42,436 nucleotides of DNA, from positions 1 through 42,436 of the forward strand of contig JAUNUA010000001.1 of assembly GCA_030538435.1 (NCBI GenBank). The letters run 5' to 3'. How positions within the stretch are numbered: position 1 is the first letter of the stretch; every line of letters begins with the position of its first letter. Source of the stretch: Brachybacterium sp. (GTDB taxonomy: Bacteria; Actinomycetota; Actinomycetes; Actinomycetales; Dermabacteraceae). Of the stretch, positions 1 through 8,564 are shown piece after piece. The translations under genes were made by a program, and so were the position numbers. Under the pieces are notes generated by a model, which worked only from the letters and a program-made list of their open reading frames with translations, had not been told where the DNA came from and did no database searches.

Positions 1-2
1 GG

Positions 3-272
3 ATCCTCCTGGCAGAGCTCGAGCGCGTGGGGGCTGAGATCGCCGCCGCGATCCGGCAGTCCGACCCGGACACGAACGTGCCGGTGCCGCAGGCACCGTG
101 GTTCAGCGGAGCGGAGCAGTGGAGTGTCCGCTGGTGTGCCCTGCACATGATCGAGGAGTTCGCGCGGCACGCCGGCCACGCGGACATGCTGCGCCAGAGC
201 CTCGACGGGAAAGGCGCCTACGAGCTGAACGCCCTCGCGGACGGGGAACCGTGGCCGCCAGAGGGGTGGTGA
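3..272 (+). CDS. DinB/DUF664 family protein, 5'-truncated by window edge
   Basis: Frame is open from position 3. The C-terminal motif SVRWCALHMIEEFARHAGHADMLRQSLDG matches the DinB/DUF664 H-x-x-E-E-x-A-R-H-x-G-H-x-D signature. Confidence 0.8.
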   Translation: MLLAELERVGAEIAAAIRQSDPDTNVPVPQAPWFSGAEQWSVRWCALHMIEEFARHAGHADMLRQSLDGKGAYELNALADGEPWPPEGW

Positions 273-334
273 CGGAGGCGCGGCGTTCGGGCCGCCGGGG
301 ACCACGGGACGCGTTGCTCCGGCATGCTGGACCC

Positions 335-1783
335 ATGCCGAAGAAGAAGCGTCAGCGCCGGAACTCCGGCCGGACCCAGGACTCCCGTCGTCAGCAGAGC
401 GCGCGGATGGAGCGGCGCCGGACCGATGTTGTCCGCGGATTCACGGCGTGGCTCACCGAGAAGGACCCGGATGCGAGCGGGGATGCGCAGTACATCGGTC
501 GAACAGTCCGATTGCTGCTCGATCTGAAGACGACCTACCTGGACAGCCCGGACCCGGTCGAGTGGAGCGAGGACCTCATCGCCGATCTCCTCATCGAGGT
601 GGTTCCGCGGCGGGTGACCCAGCGCCGCGAGGAGTCGATGGAGCTCGGCCCCACGATGCACCACCTCATCGACTACCTCGTGGACGCAGACCGGTGGCCC
701 TCCTCCGGGTACAGCGCCGACGACGCACACGCACTGCTGGACGAGCTGGAGTTCGACGTGCTTGAGGCCGCAAATGACCCGACGCGGCGTAGCTTCAGCG
801 GGAACATCCTCGCGTACGCTGCGGATCTCGGGGTCGACTTCGGCGAGCCTGGCATGACCGATCGGTACATGGCCTGGTACAACTCTCTCACCGTCGACGA
901 GCGACACGAGCTGACTGACACCGGCACCCTGAGAAACCCGGGCACCCCCTTCGACCCGACAGGCGAGTACCCAGAGGCAGTGGATGCTCGGGGGCCTATC
1001 GGGTCCAGCGCGTTCGGCGAAGGACTCGACGCGCTCGGTGGCGATGACGGTGACGCAGAGTCTTCTCTCGCGGATCATTGGCCCGCCTTTCTCGGGGACC
1101 CGCCGGATTCTGACGGTGACGACACACCGTTCGATCCGCAGGACCTGCAGAACCAGTACCGCGAGGTGACCTTCGTACATCGCGCTCTTCTGCTGTATCG
1201 AGCCGCCGCGGATGGGCTCGGCGTCACGGAAACCGGGGCACTCAACCGTGCGGCGACGGCCTCGATCCTGGAAAAGTTCGGCATCGACGCCTCCGCGACA
1301 GGCAGCATGTGGGACATCAGCGCAATCACCGGACCCTGGCTCGCACTGCTCAGTGGCGAATGGTTGCGGATTGAGGGCAAACGCGTCGTCGCCACCGACG
1401 AGGGCATCGTGCCGCCAATGGGACCCGACGAGGACCCGGAAGGATTCGCAGAGTTCGCAAACTCCGTGATGGCACGGCTGCTGCTGAACCTGTACGTCGA
1501 CGCCGGCGAACCGGGCGGCTTGCAGGGGCTGCCGTACACGCCGCTCGCCCTCTCGGCGGCCTCCGGCGAAGGCGGCTTGGTGCCCGTCAGGCCCGTGCTT
1601 CCAGGGCGCGGCGGCGACTTCGACGAGTTCGTGCAGTACACCCGAGTCATGGAGGACCTGGGACTGCTGGTCGGGTACGGGCTGCTGGACTACGACCCAC
1701 TGGAGCACAGGTTCAGCGCGCCGACAGTGGTGCTGCTGGCCATGGCCACTGTCCTGGACATTGCAATGCAGAACGATCTGTGA
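335..1783 (+). CDS. hypothetical protein (basic N-terminal tail, acidic helical body, 482 aa)
   Basis: Long ORF with host-like codon usage. ATG at 335 (MPKKKRQRR) lies 6 nt after a CATGCT -10-like hexamer, consistent with a leaderless start. Confidence 0.75.
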   Translation: MPKKKRQRRNSGRTQDSRRQQSARMERRRTDVVRGFTAWLTEKDPDASGDAQYIGRTVRLLLDLKTTYLDSPDPVEWSEDLIADLLIEVVPRRVTQRREESMELGPTMHHLIDYLVDADRWPSSGYSADDAHALLDELEFDVLEAANDPTRRSFSGNILAYAADLGVDFGEPGMTDRYMAWYNSLTVDERHELTDTGTLRNPGTPFDPTGEYPEAVDARGPIGSSAFGEGLDALGGDDGDAESSLADHWPAFLGDPPDSDGDDTPFDPQDLQNQYREVTFVHRALLLYRAAADGLGVTETGALNRAATASILEKFGIDASATGSMWDISAITGPWLALLSGEWLRIEGKRVVATDEGIVPPMGPDEDPEGFAEFANSVMARLLLNLYVDAGEPGGLQGLPYTPLALSAASGEGGLVPVRPVLPGRGGDFDEFVQYTRVMEDLGLLVGYGLLDYDPLEHRFSAPTVVLLAMATVLDIAMQNDL

Positions 1784-1797
1784 CGGGGTCTCGTCAC
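1780..1797 (+). terminator. short hairpin overlapping the stop codon
   Basis: GTGACG-ggGTCT-CGTCAC inverted repeat at the end of the 335-1783 gene; no U-tract. Confidence 0.3.
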
Positions 1798-1973
1798 GAT
1801 GCCGAAGGTCGAAGTGTGGTCCACTTGCTCGAGATATGAGTTCTCGGCAGACGCTGCGGGTAGTCCTGGACCAGTCACCCCGTGAGAAGGGCCGCACCGG
1901 AGTTGCGGCGCGCCGTGTTCCCAGCGCCCCGTTTGTCAGTCGGGCATGATTGGCTGTCTGGCAGGAGGCGATC

Positions 1974-2984
1974 ATGACGGCATACCAGTCACTAGAGTTG
2001 TGCGCGGGGGCAGGGGGGCAGGCGCGCGGCCTTGAGCAAGCGGGGTTCGAACACGCAGCGCTCGTCGAGCTTGACGAACATGCCGCGGAGACGCTAAGGC
2101 TTAATCGACCAGACTGGCGGGTCATTGAGGACGATCTTTTTAGCTGGACGCCTCCCCAGGATCTGGGAGCTATCGACTTGCTTGCAGGGGGAGTTCCTTG
2201 TCCCCCGTTCTCTCACGCCGGGCTGCAGCTCGGGGAAGCCGATGAGCGCAATCTTTTCGATCGCGCATTAGAAATTGTCGACCTTACAAACCCTCGGGCA
2301 GTACTTATAGAGAACGTTCGCGGCCTAATGGACGCCAAGTTCGAAACGTACCGTCAGCGACTAATAGCGCGCCTGAATCGCGCAGGCTATCTAGCTGAGT
2401 GGAAGCTATTGCAGGCCGCTGACTTCGGTGTTCCACAGCTTAGGCCTAGATCGATCCTCATCGGACTGCAATCAGATGATGCCATGGCTTTTAATTGGCC
2501 AGATAAGATCGCGCACCGCTCGACGGTGGGGGAAGCGATTCATGACCTCATGGCTGCCAATGGATGGGCGGGAGTACGACGATGGACCGAAGGTGCCCAA
2601 CATATTGCCCCGACTCTCGTTGGCGGATCGAAGAAGCACGGGGGTCCTGATCTTGGACCAACCCGCGCGCGTCAAGCCTGGGAAATTCTTGGCGTAGATG
2701 GGCGTGGTCTCGCTGATGAGGCCCCGGGACCGACATTCGAGGGGAATCCGCGCCTCACCGTCCGAATGGCGGCTCGAATCCAGGGATTCGAGGATGAATG
2801 GAAATTCCATGGTCGCAAGACCGCCAGTTACAGGCAGGTCGGAAATGCTTTTCCGCCACCAGTAGCTCGCGCAGTTGGAAGCGCAATCAAGGCAGCATTT
2901 GAGAAGGTCGATTCAGGTGGCGAGAATCTGGACTCCGCGGCTTTCGGTCGGGCGCCGCAGCAACAGCTCTTAGGTGTAATGTGA
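1974..2984 (+). CDS. dcm: DNA (cytosine-5)-methyltransferase, M.NgoMIV/M.NaeI-like (predicted GCCGGC-type)
   Basis: Motif I ELCAGAGG, catalytic motif IV GGVPCPPFS, motif VI ENVRGL, motif VIII PQLRPR, motif X YRQVGNAFPPPVA. Target-recognition region APTLVGGSKKHGGPDLGPTR is recalled as characteristic of the M.NgoMIV/M.NaeI group. RBS AGGAGG at 1963-1968. Confidence 0.93.
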   Translation: MTAYQSLELCAGAGGQARGLEQAGFEHAALVELDEHAAETLRLNRPDWRVIEDDLFSWTPPQDLGAIDLLAGGVPCPPFSHAGLQLGEADERNLFDRALEIVDLTNPRAVLIENVRGLMDAKFETYRQRLIARLNRAGYLAEWKLLQAADFGVPQLRPRSILIGLQSDDAMAFNWPDKIAHRSTVGEAIHDLMAANGWAGVRRWTEGAQHIAPTLVGGSKKHGGPDLGPTRARQAWEILGVDGRGLADEAPGPTFEGNPRLTVRMAARIQGFEDEWKFHGRKTASYRQVGNAFPPPVARAVGSAIKAAFEKVDSGGENLDSAAFGRAPQQQLLGVM

Positions 2985-2995
2985 TCGTGAGCAAA

Positions 2996-3025
2996 GGAGG
3001 CCCGGGTTCTACACCCGGTGCCTCC
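2996..3025 (+). terminator. GC-rich hairpin between the methyltransferase and nuclease genes
   Basis: GGAGGC-CCGGGT-tctac-ACCCGG-t-GCCTCC, starting 12 nt after the MTase stop. Confidence 0.5.
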
Positions 3026-3072
3026 CGCCTCTAGGGCCAGGCTAAAGCATCGCGAGGGAGCGACACCATCGT

Positions 3073-3111
3073 TCGAGCGCGACAAAGTCGCTCTCGACTA
3101 ACATGTGAAAC
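3073..3111 (+). promoter_or_regulatory. leaderless promoter of the HNH gene with an abutting palindromic operator
   Basis: TCGAGCGCGAC-AAA-GTCGCTCTCGA (11-bp arms, 1 mismatch, 3073-3097) directly upstream of -10 TAACAT (3099-3104), which is 7 nt before the ATG at 3112. No RBS. Confidence 0.55.
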
Positions 3112-3954
3112 ATGACCCGCGACGCTACACCGGCTAGAGAGTTGCCCGAGCCGTACAGTGACGAACTCAAGTCCGCACTTCGCCGCCGAAACGTGGGCAA
3201 CCTCGTTCACCAATACATTTATGCGTATCTTTATCAGCGGAGATATGACCCTCCGACCGATAGAGAAATTGCCGAGTTTGTTTACGAAAAGACCGGCAGT
3301 CGCTACTCCCAGCTCCAACGGCGACGACGAGACCTTAATTCGGTATTCGACATCGTGAGAACATCAGGTCATCGCTACATACTAAGTGGGTGGCTCGACG
3401 AAGAGCTCGCGGAGGCGACAGGGATTAGCAGAAGTGTCCGTTTTAAGATCCTGCAATCCGGTCGGTGCAAGAACTGTGGCCGATCTGTAGAGGCGGATGA
3501 AATTAAGCTTGCCGTGGATCATATTTTGCCTCAAGCTTGGGGTGGTTCGGACGCCGAGGAAAATTTACAGGCCCTTTGCGAAGATTGTAATGCCGGAAAG
3601 AAGGACTATTACGGTCAGTTCGATGAATTCGCGGACCAGATAAGACGCGCCGCAGGTTACAGGGAGCCGCATCGGAGAATCGCGATGCTTCTCAAGGCTT
3701 TCGATGGACATTTTGTCATGTCAGAGCTCCTTGCTGCTGTTGCCAGCGCTCAGCAATTTCAAGATGACTGGCAGAAGAGAATGCGTGAGCTTCGGGAGCT
3801 GGGCATCGATTTTGAATCCCGCAGGCATAGAAGCAGCTCAGGACGGATGATCGTGGAGTGGCGTCTGACCAGATGGACTGAATTGCCAGAGGAGCCACTG
3901 AGACCATTGATTAGTAGGCGCGAACGGGAGAGACGGAAAAGGGGCTCAGGCTGA
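3112..3954 (+). CDS. HNH endonuclease with flanking putative winged-helix domains (candidate restriction endonuclease)
   Basis: Zn-binding HNH core CKNC...VDHILPQAWGGSDAEENLQALCEDCNAGK. N- and C-terminal helical segments have HTH-like patterns (TDREIAEFV...SQLQRRRRDL; DDWQKRMRELRELG). Adjacent to an m5C MTase; lower GC than the flanks. Confidence 0.85.
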   Translation: MTRDATPARELPEPYSDELKSALRRRNVGNLVHQYIYAYLYQRRYDPPTDREIAEFVYEKTGSRYSQLQRRRRDLNSVFDIVRTSGHRYILSGWLDEELAEATGISRSVRFKILQSGRCKNCGRSVEADEIKLAVDHILPQAWGGSDAEENLQALCEDCNAGKKDYYGQFDEFADQIRRAAGYREPHRRIAMLLKAFDGHFVMSELLAAVASAQQFQDDWQKRMRELRELGIDFESRRHRSSSGRMIVEWRLTRWTELPEEPLRPLISRRERERRKRGSG

Positions 3955-4079
3955 TCCGGCCGTCCGCTTCCGTGCTATGTGGTTTACATTTTCTCCAAGG
4001 TAACCCTTGGCCCCGGTGTCGCTTGAGGTTAGAGTGTAGCCGGTTGGGGTCTGGGGAGGGGTCCGACAAATCCGCAAAC

Positions 4080-4763
4080 GCGGACCTCGCGAAAATCGCG
4101 TCCTCGATTACGGGAATCCGCACTACCGAGGGCCAGATCTGGCGGCAGGCGGAGGACGCCGAGCTGTCCTCCGGCGCAGAGATCGTGCGCCCCGAGTCCG
4201 CCTGGACCGGTGAATCCAATTGGTCGGGGGATTACGTGCAGGTCCCAGCCGGGCAAAGCGTCGTGTTTCCCATCGAGGACCTTCCGGAGGCGACTTACGG
4301 GGTCCGAGATCCGATGACGGCCCATCCCCTGTTCCGGCGCCTTGCCGAGGACGCCGGAACCGCCACCTGGACGGCGATCGACACCCATGGAGATCGCACG
4401 GAGCTCGGGATCCAGGAACTCGGCGGGGCTGGCCCACGGGGAGTCACCGAGTGGGACGGCCTATTGCGACCATTCCCGCTGGACAGGCCGGTCCCTGGGG
4501 GCACGGTCGCGATTGAGGTGACCTCCGACGGGGACCTGCAGCTCGATGCGCTGATGCTGCTGCCCGCCGTGACTGCCGCCGTCTACTCCACCACCGGGAA
4601 GGACGTAATCCTCCGCGCGGGTACCGCCGACGGGGAGATCACGGTCCCCGTCGTCGCCGGGGAGACCGGTCGGGCCTATCGGCCCGACGGAACCGGCGGC
4701 AGGCCGTTCAACCGGGGACGTCGTGCGCTCGCGGAAGGGGCGTTCGCGATTACCGACAGGTGA
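4080..4763 (+). pseudogene. 3' remnant of a larger hypothetical protein gene
   Basis: Host-like codon usage and protein-like sequence begin abruptly near 4080 (ADLAKIASSITG...) with no convincing start or RBS. The upstream in-frame part reads as non-coding island sequence. The left boundary is approximate. Confidence 0.55.
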
Positions 4764-4789
4764 GGCTGATGGGTCGGCACCGGCGCGCC

Positions 4790-6268
4790 CTAGTAGCCGA
4801 ACGGCAGGGGCGCGTCGGGGTCGGTCTCCACCCAGATGGACTTCGGCTGGGTGTACTCCAGAAGTCCGTCGAGTCCGCTGGAGCGGCCGAAGCCACTGGC
4901 CCCGAACCCACCGAACGGCGACATGACGCTGATGGTCTTGTAGCTATTGATCCACAGAGTCCCGGCGCGCACCCGTGCGGCGACGCGATGTGCTCGATCA
5001 ACGGAGCGAGTCCAGACCGCGCCAGCGAGCCCGAAGTCGGTGTCGTTGGCGATCTCGATCGCGTGCTGCTCGTCCTCGAAGGGAATCGCGGTCACCACGG
5101 GCCCAAAGATCTCCTCTTGAGCGAGGGGGTCCTCGTTGTTGAGCCCTGTAAGGACCGTTGGCGGATAGTAGTAGCCGGCGCCTTGCCGTCGGGCCCCGCC
5201 GGTCAGCGTGATGCCGCCGCGGGCGCGTGCCGCATCGACCATGCGTGAGACCTGCTGCAACTGGCGGGAGTTCTGCAACGGCCCGACCTGAGTGTCGGCA
5301 TCCAGGGGGCTGCCTTGGCGGATGTCGGCGGCTAGTGCGGCGAGGCGCTCAGCGACATCGTCGAACACGCGTCGGTGGATGAGCAGGCGCGATCCGGCGA
5401 CGCAGCTCTGCCCGGCGGCGGAGAAGATCGCGGCGGCCGCCCCGCCAGCGGCGCGGCCGATGTCCGCATCATCGAAGACGATGTTGGCAGACTTGCCGCC
5501 CAGTTCGAGGACGCAGGGGATGAGGTGCTCCCCGGCGGCCGCTGCGATGCGGCGGCCGGTCGCAGGGGAGCCGACGAACACCACCTTGTCCACACCGTGG
5601 TGGGTGACCAGGTGAGATCCGGACGTCGGGCCGAGCCCGAGGACGACGTTCACGAGACCTCGGGGCAGGCCCGACTGTTCGCCGATGCGGGCGAGGAGCA
5701 CGGAGGTCAGGGGGGTCAGCTCGGACGGCTTCACGACGACGGCGTTGCCGGCGGCCAGCGCCGGGGCGATCTGCCAGCCAGCGGTGAAGATAGGGGCGTT
5801 CCACGGGGTCATTTGGGCGATCACGCCGTAGGGTTCGCGCAGCGTGTAGTTCAGGTGGGAGGTGGGCACGGGGATCACCGTCCCGTGCTGCTTATCGGCC
5901 CACCCGGCGTAGTACTCGAACATCTCGACCACCTTGGCGGTCTCCATGCGGGCGTCCGCGAGCGGTTTCCCGGCGAGGCGGGATTCGAGGCGGGCGAGCT
6001 CTTCGACATGCTCGGTGAGCGTTCGGGCGACGGCGCTGAGCCTCCGGCCGCGTTCGGAGGCGGTGAGGTCGCGCCAGTGCTGCTGGGCGTGGCGCGCGGA
6101 GGCAACGGCCTGATCGACGGCGTCCTCGCCACCGTCGCGGTAACGCGCCACACGGGTCTCGTCGTGGGGGTCGATCAGTTCGATGGTCTCACCGGTCCCG
6201 GGGACGATCCGCCCGTTGATGAAGCTGCCGATGGTGTCATCGTCTAGCAGGTCTGTCCAGAGGCTCAC
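4790..6268 (-). CDS. NAD-dependent aldehyde dehydrogenase
   Basis: TPWNAP, KPSELTP, FVGS, LELGGKS (catalytic Glu), GQSCVAGSR (catalytic Cys), EEIFGPV, PFGG motifs. The GTG start overlaps the upstream stop (GTGA). Confidence 0.93.
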   Translation of the reverse strand: MSLWTDLLDDDTIGSFINGRIVPGTGETIELIDPHDETRVARYRDGGEDAVDQAVASARHAQQHWRDLTASERGRRLSAVARTLTEHVEELARLESRLAGKPLADARMETAKVVEMFEYYAGWADKQHGTVIPVPTSHLNYTLREPYGVIAQMTPWNAPIFTAGWQIAPALAAGNAVVVKPSELTPLTSVLLARIGEQSGLPRGLVNVVLGLGPTSGSHLVTHHGVDKVVFVGSPATGRRIAAAAGEHLIPCVLELGGKSANIVFDDADIGRAAGGAAAAIFSAAGQSCVAGSRLLIHRRVFDDVAERLAALAADIRQGSPLDADTQVGPLQNSRQLQQVSRMVDAARARGGITLTGGARRQGAGYYYPPTVLTGLNNEDPLAQEEIFGPVVTAIPFEDEQHAIEIANDTDFGLAGAVWTRSVDRAHRVAARVRAGTLWINSYKTISVMSPFGGFGASGFGRSSGLDGLLEYTQPKSIWVETDPDAPLPFGY

Positions 6269-7113
6269 GGCTGCACCATTCTGTTGAAGTCGAGGGTGGG
6301 GTCGAGGGCCCCGGTGAGCTCCTGCCACATTCCGAGGGTCGCCTCGACAACGGGTGTGTCGGCCTGCAGCTCGCGGGTCATCGCGGCGGCAAGGTCAACG
6401 TCCCGGGCCATCAGGCCGATGGGAAAACCGGAGTCGAAGTCGCCGGAGAGAACCCAGCGGGGGAGGTTCACCTCGGTGACGGCGCTGCGTCCGCTGGCGG
6501 TGTTGATTGCTCCGAGCAGCCGGTCGGGGTCGATGTCCGAGGCACCTGCGACCTCGAGGACAGTGCGCGCTGCGCACAGATGCAAGGCGCACAGCAGGTT
6601 GTTCAGCAGCTTCGCAGTGTGCCCGGCGCCGACGTCGCCGACGTGATTGATGCGGGTGGACAGGGGAGCGAGGACCGCACGAACGTCCGCGAGCGCGTCC
6701 TCGGGGCAGCCGAGGAATACGGTGAGCGCGCCCCTACGAGCTCCGCTCGGCCCCCCGCTCACGGGGGCGTCGACGTAGCGATGGCCGGCAGCGCGAGCGC
6801 GGTCGGCTCGGGCACGGGAGCCAGCAGGGTCGCAGGTACTGGTGTCGATGACCGTCCGCCCAGTCGTGCCGGTGTCGAGAACGGCCTGCAGGATCTCCTC
6901 GACCTGCTCGGCTCCGGGCAGGGAGAGCAGCAGGGCATCCGCTACGTCCATCGCCTCGGCGAGGCTGGCGCTCTCGACGCCCGGGGGTGGGGCCGCAATG
7001 GGATCCACGCCGAGAACTCGCGCCTCACCTGCACGAACGAGGGTGGCGGCCATGCCGCCGCCCATCTGACCGAGGCCTACCACGGCAAGGGTCCGAGTCG
7101 GAGGGGAGGTCAT
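6265..7113 (-). CDS. NAD(P)-dependent oxidoreductase, 3-hydroxyisobutyrate/beta-hydroxyacid dehydrogenase family
   Basis: VVGLGQMGGGMA Rossmann motif, IDTST, VDAPVSGG, catalytic GAGHTAKLLNN, GFPIGLMARD. Confidence 0.9.
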   Translation of the reverse strand: MTSPPTRTLAVVGLGQMGGGMAATLVRAGEARVLGVDPIAAPPPGVESASLAEAMDVADALLLSLPGAEQVEEILQAVLDTGTTGRTVIDTSTCDPAGSRARADRARAAGHRYVDAPVSGGPSGARRGALTVFLGCPEDALADVRAVLAPLSTRINHVGDVGAGHTAKLLNNLLCALHLCAARTVLEVAGASDIDPDRLLGAINTASGRSAVTEVNLPRWVLSGDFDSGFPIGLMARDVDLAAAMTRELQADTPVVEATLGMWQELTGALDPTLDFNRMVQP

Positions 7114-7628
7114 CCCCCACTCCCCAGGCGCAGGGTGAAGTCGGCGATCACGACGGAGCCGAAGTAGGTCCCGAAGAACACCAGGATCGCGATGATGAGA
7201 ATCTTCCAGCCGGAGCGTTTCATGATGTCCAGCTCGAGACGACTGACGGCGAAACCGGCATAGGCGAGTGCCGGCACCGCGAGGCCCAAGAAGTCGATGC
7301 CCTCGACGAGCCCGGTGAACCACTGCCCCCACGGCAGGAAGGGCAGCGTCATGGCGATCCCGACCAGGGAAATCCAGGCAACTGAGGGCAGGTAGAAGGG
7401 CAGGAACTTCGTCAGCGCGAGGCCTACCACGCACACGGCGTACAAGGCGCTGAGGCCAATCAGGACAGCGGCGAGCGATAGATCGGTCGCGAGGAGCTGA
7501 ATCGGGACCGAGATGAGGGTGACGACCACGAGGTCCACGAGCGTGGGACCGAAGCGCTGGCTGCGTTCATCACCGCCGACCAGGACCTCATCGTCGGCGG
7601 GGACGCCGTCCGCGGGAATGCTGCTCAT
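7110..7628 (-). CDS. small integral membrane protein (partner of DUF3100)
   Basis: About 5 hydrophobic segments; LPSVAWISLVG, PALAYAG and VFFGTYFGS motifs; translationally coupled to both neighbours. Confidence 0.8.
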   Translation of the reverse strand: MSSIPADGVPADDEVLVGGDERSQRFGPTLVDLVVVTLISVPIQLLATDLSLAAVLIGLSALYAVCVVGLALTKFLPFYLPSVAWISLVGIAMTLPFLPWGQWFTGLVEGIDFLGLAVPALAYAGFAVSRLELDIMKRSGWKILIIAILVFFGTYFGSVVIADFTLRLGSGG

Positions 7629-8461
7629 CGGGAGACCTCCTCCTTGTCGATTCGGTGGCCGGGGTCGTTCGGGTGGACCTTGCTGTAGAGCCATTCGACC
7701 AGCGGCAGGGCGACGAACAAGCTGACGTACATGCCGGTCGCGTAGGTCAGAAGGTTGGAGGCGCCGGCCATGGCGGTGATGGTGTCGGCGGACTGGGGGA
7801 CGGTCTCGGCGAGGGCGCCGGCGCAGGCAGCCATCATGGAGCCGCTACCGACCCCGCAGGCCATGGCGAGCGCCTCGATACGGAAGACGTCCAGTGAGGC
7901 CAGGACCGAAGCGAAGATCGCGAACAGGAACGTTCCGAACAAGGTGCCCATCACGTAGACACCCATGACTCCGGTGCCTTCGGGGCTGCGGATGCCGTAG
8001 CGGTCCGCGATGATCGCGAGGTTCGGCTCGCGGGCGATGGAGTGGACGGCGCCAATGGACTCCCGCCGCATGCGCAGCAGCCAGATGGCGACGGGGAAGG
8101 CGAACAGTATCGTCCCGAGGTTGCCAAGTTCCTGGAGGATCAGAGCAGGCCCTGCGGCGATGATCTCCTCGATGGCCGGTCCGATCGTGGTGCCGAATTT
8201 GGCAATGAAAGGCATGATCGCGATGACGATGAAGGGGGCTGCGGCCGCAGCCTTCTTTGTCGACAGAATCTTCGACATGGCGCCGATGACGTTGGGGTTC
8301 AACACCAGGGTCATCGCGAAGGCGAAGAGCATCGGCAGCAGCATGATGGTGCCGATCCAGATGGGGATGGATCGCACGCCGATCCATTGGCTCAGGACCC
8401 CCACCACGAGGACGAAGAGGTGGAGAGGCCAAAGGCGGGCCAGGGACGTCATTGTTGCCAT
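7625..8461 (-). CDS. DUF3100 family membrane protein (putative transporter)
   Basis: AGPALILQELGNLGT, SIAREPN, SPEGxGVMGVY and LAMACGVGSGSMM motifs. RBS AGGAG before the ATG at 8461. Confidence 0.85.
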   Translation of the reverse strand: MATMTSLARLWPLHLFVLVVGVLSQWIGVRSIPIWIGTIMLLPMLFAFAMTLVLNPNVIGAMSKILSTKKAAAAAPFIVIAIMPFIAKFGTTIGPAIEEIIAAGPALILQELGNLGTILFAFPVAIWLLRMRRESIGAVHSIAREPNLAIIADRYGIRSPEGTGVMGVYVMGTLFGTFLFAIFASVLASLDVFRIEALAMACGVGSGSMMAACAGALAETVPQSADTITAMAGASNLLTYATGMYVSLFVALPLVEWLYSKVHPNDPGHRIDKEEVSR

Positions 8462-8537
8462 GGTGCTCCTGTGGATGATTTCTGGTGACCCTACGGTCGG
8501 CTTCCCCGTTGCACAAGTAGTCAAAATCGATACCGGG

Positions 8538-8558
8538 GTGTTGCATCCAAGGCAACAC
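8538..8558. promoter_or_regulatory. putative LysR-binding palindrome (T-N11-A)
   Basis: GTGTTGC-ATCCAAG-GCAACAC, about 77 bp upstream of the DUF3100 start. It could also act as the lysR terminator. Confidence 0.5.
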
Positions 8559-8564
8559 GGCGGT

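Noticed and set aside
1690-1878. short minus-strand ORF (…AENSYLEQVDHTSTFGIV…) as a gene remnant at the island's left edge
   Set aside because: No recognisable family, no RBS, and it overlaps the 3' end of the upstream gene.
1933-1955. PafBC/RecA-NDp-like DNA-damage promoter upstream of the methyltransferase (TTGTCAGTC-N8-TTGGCT)
   Set aside because: The upstream block fits, but the -10 lacks the conserved A of TANNNT. Too weak to call without TSS data.
218-2125. 635-aa antisense ORF, and similar long shadow ORFs (e.g. 12281-13789, 21190-22836, 25533-27194, 27793-29229)
   Set aside because: They lie opposite or overlap well-supported genes, have no recognisable motifs, and are expected from stop-codon scarcity in high-GC DNA.
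3972-4079. N-terminal extension of the 263-aa ORF 3972-4763
   Set aside because: It reads through AT-richer island sequence with atypical composition and no RBS; treated as fortuitous.
4040-4085. possible IS terminal inverted repeat at the island's right edge
   Set aside because: No matching partner end, target duplication or transposase was found in the window.
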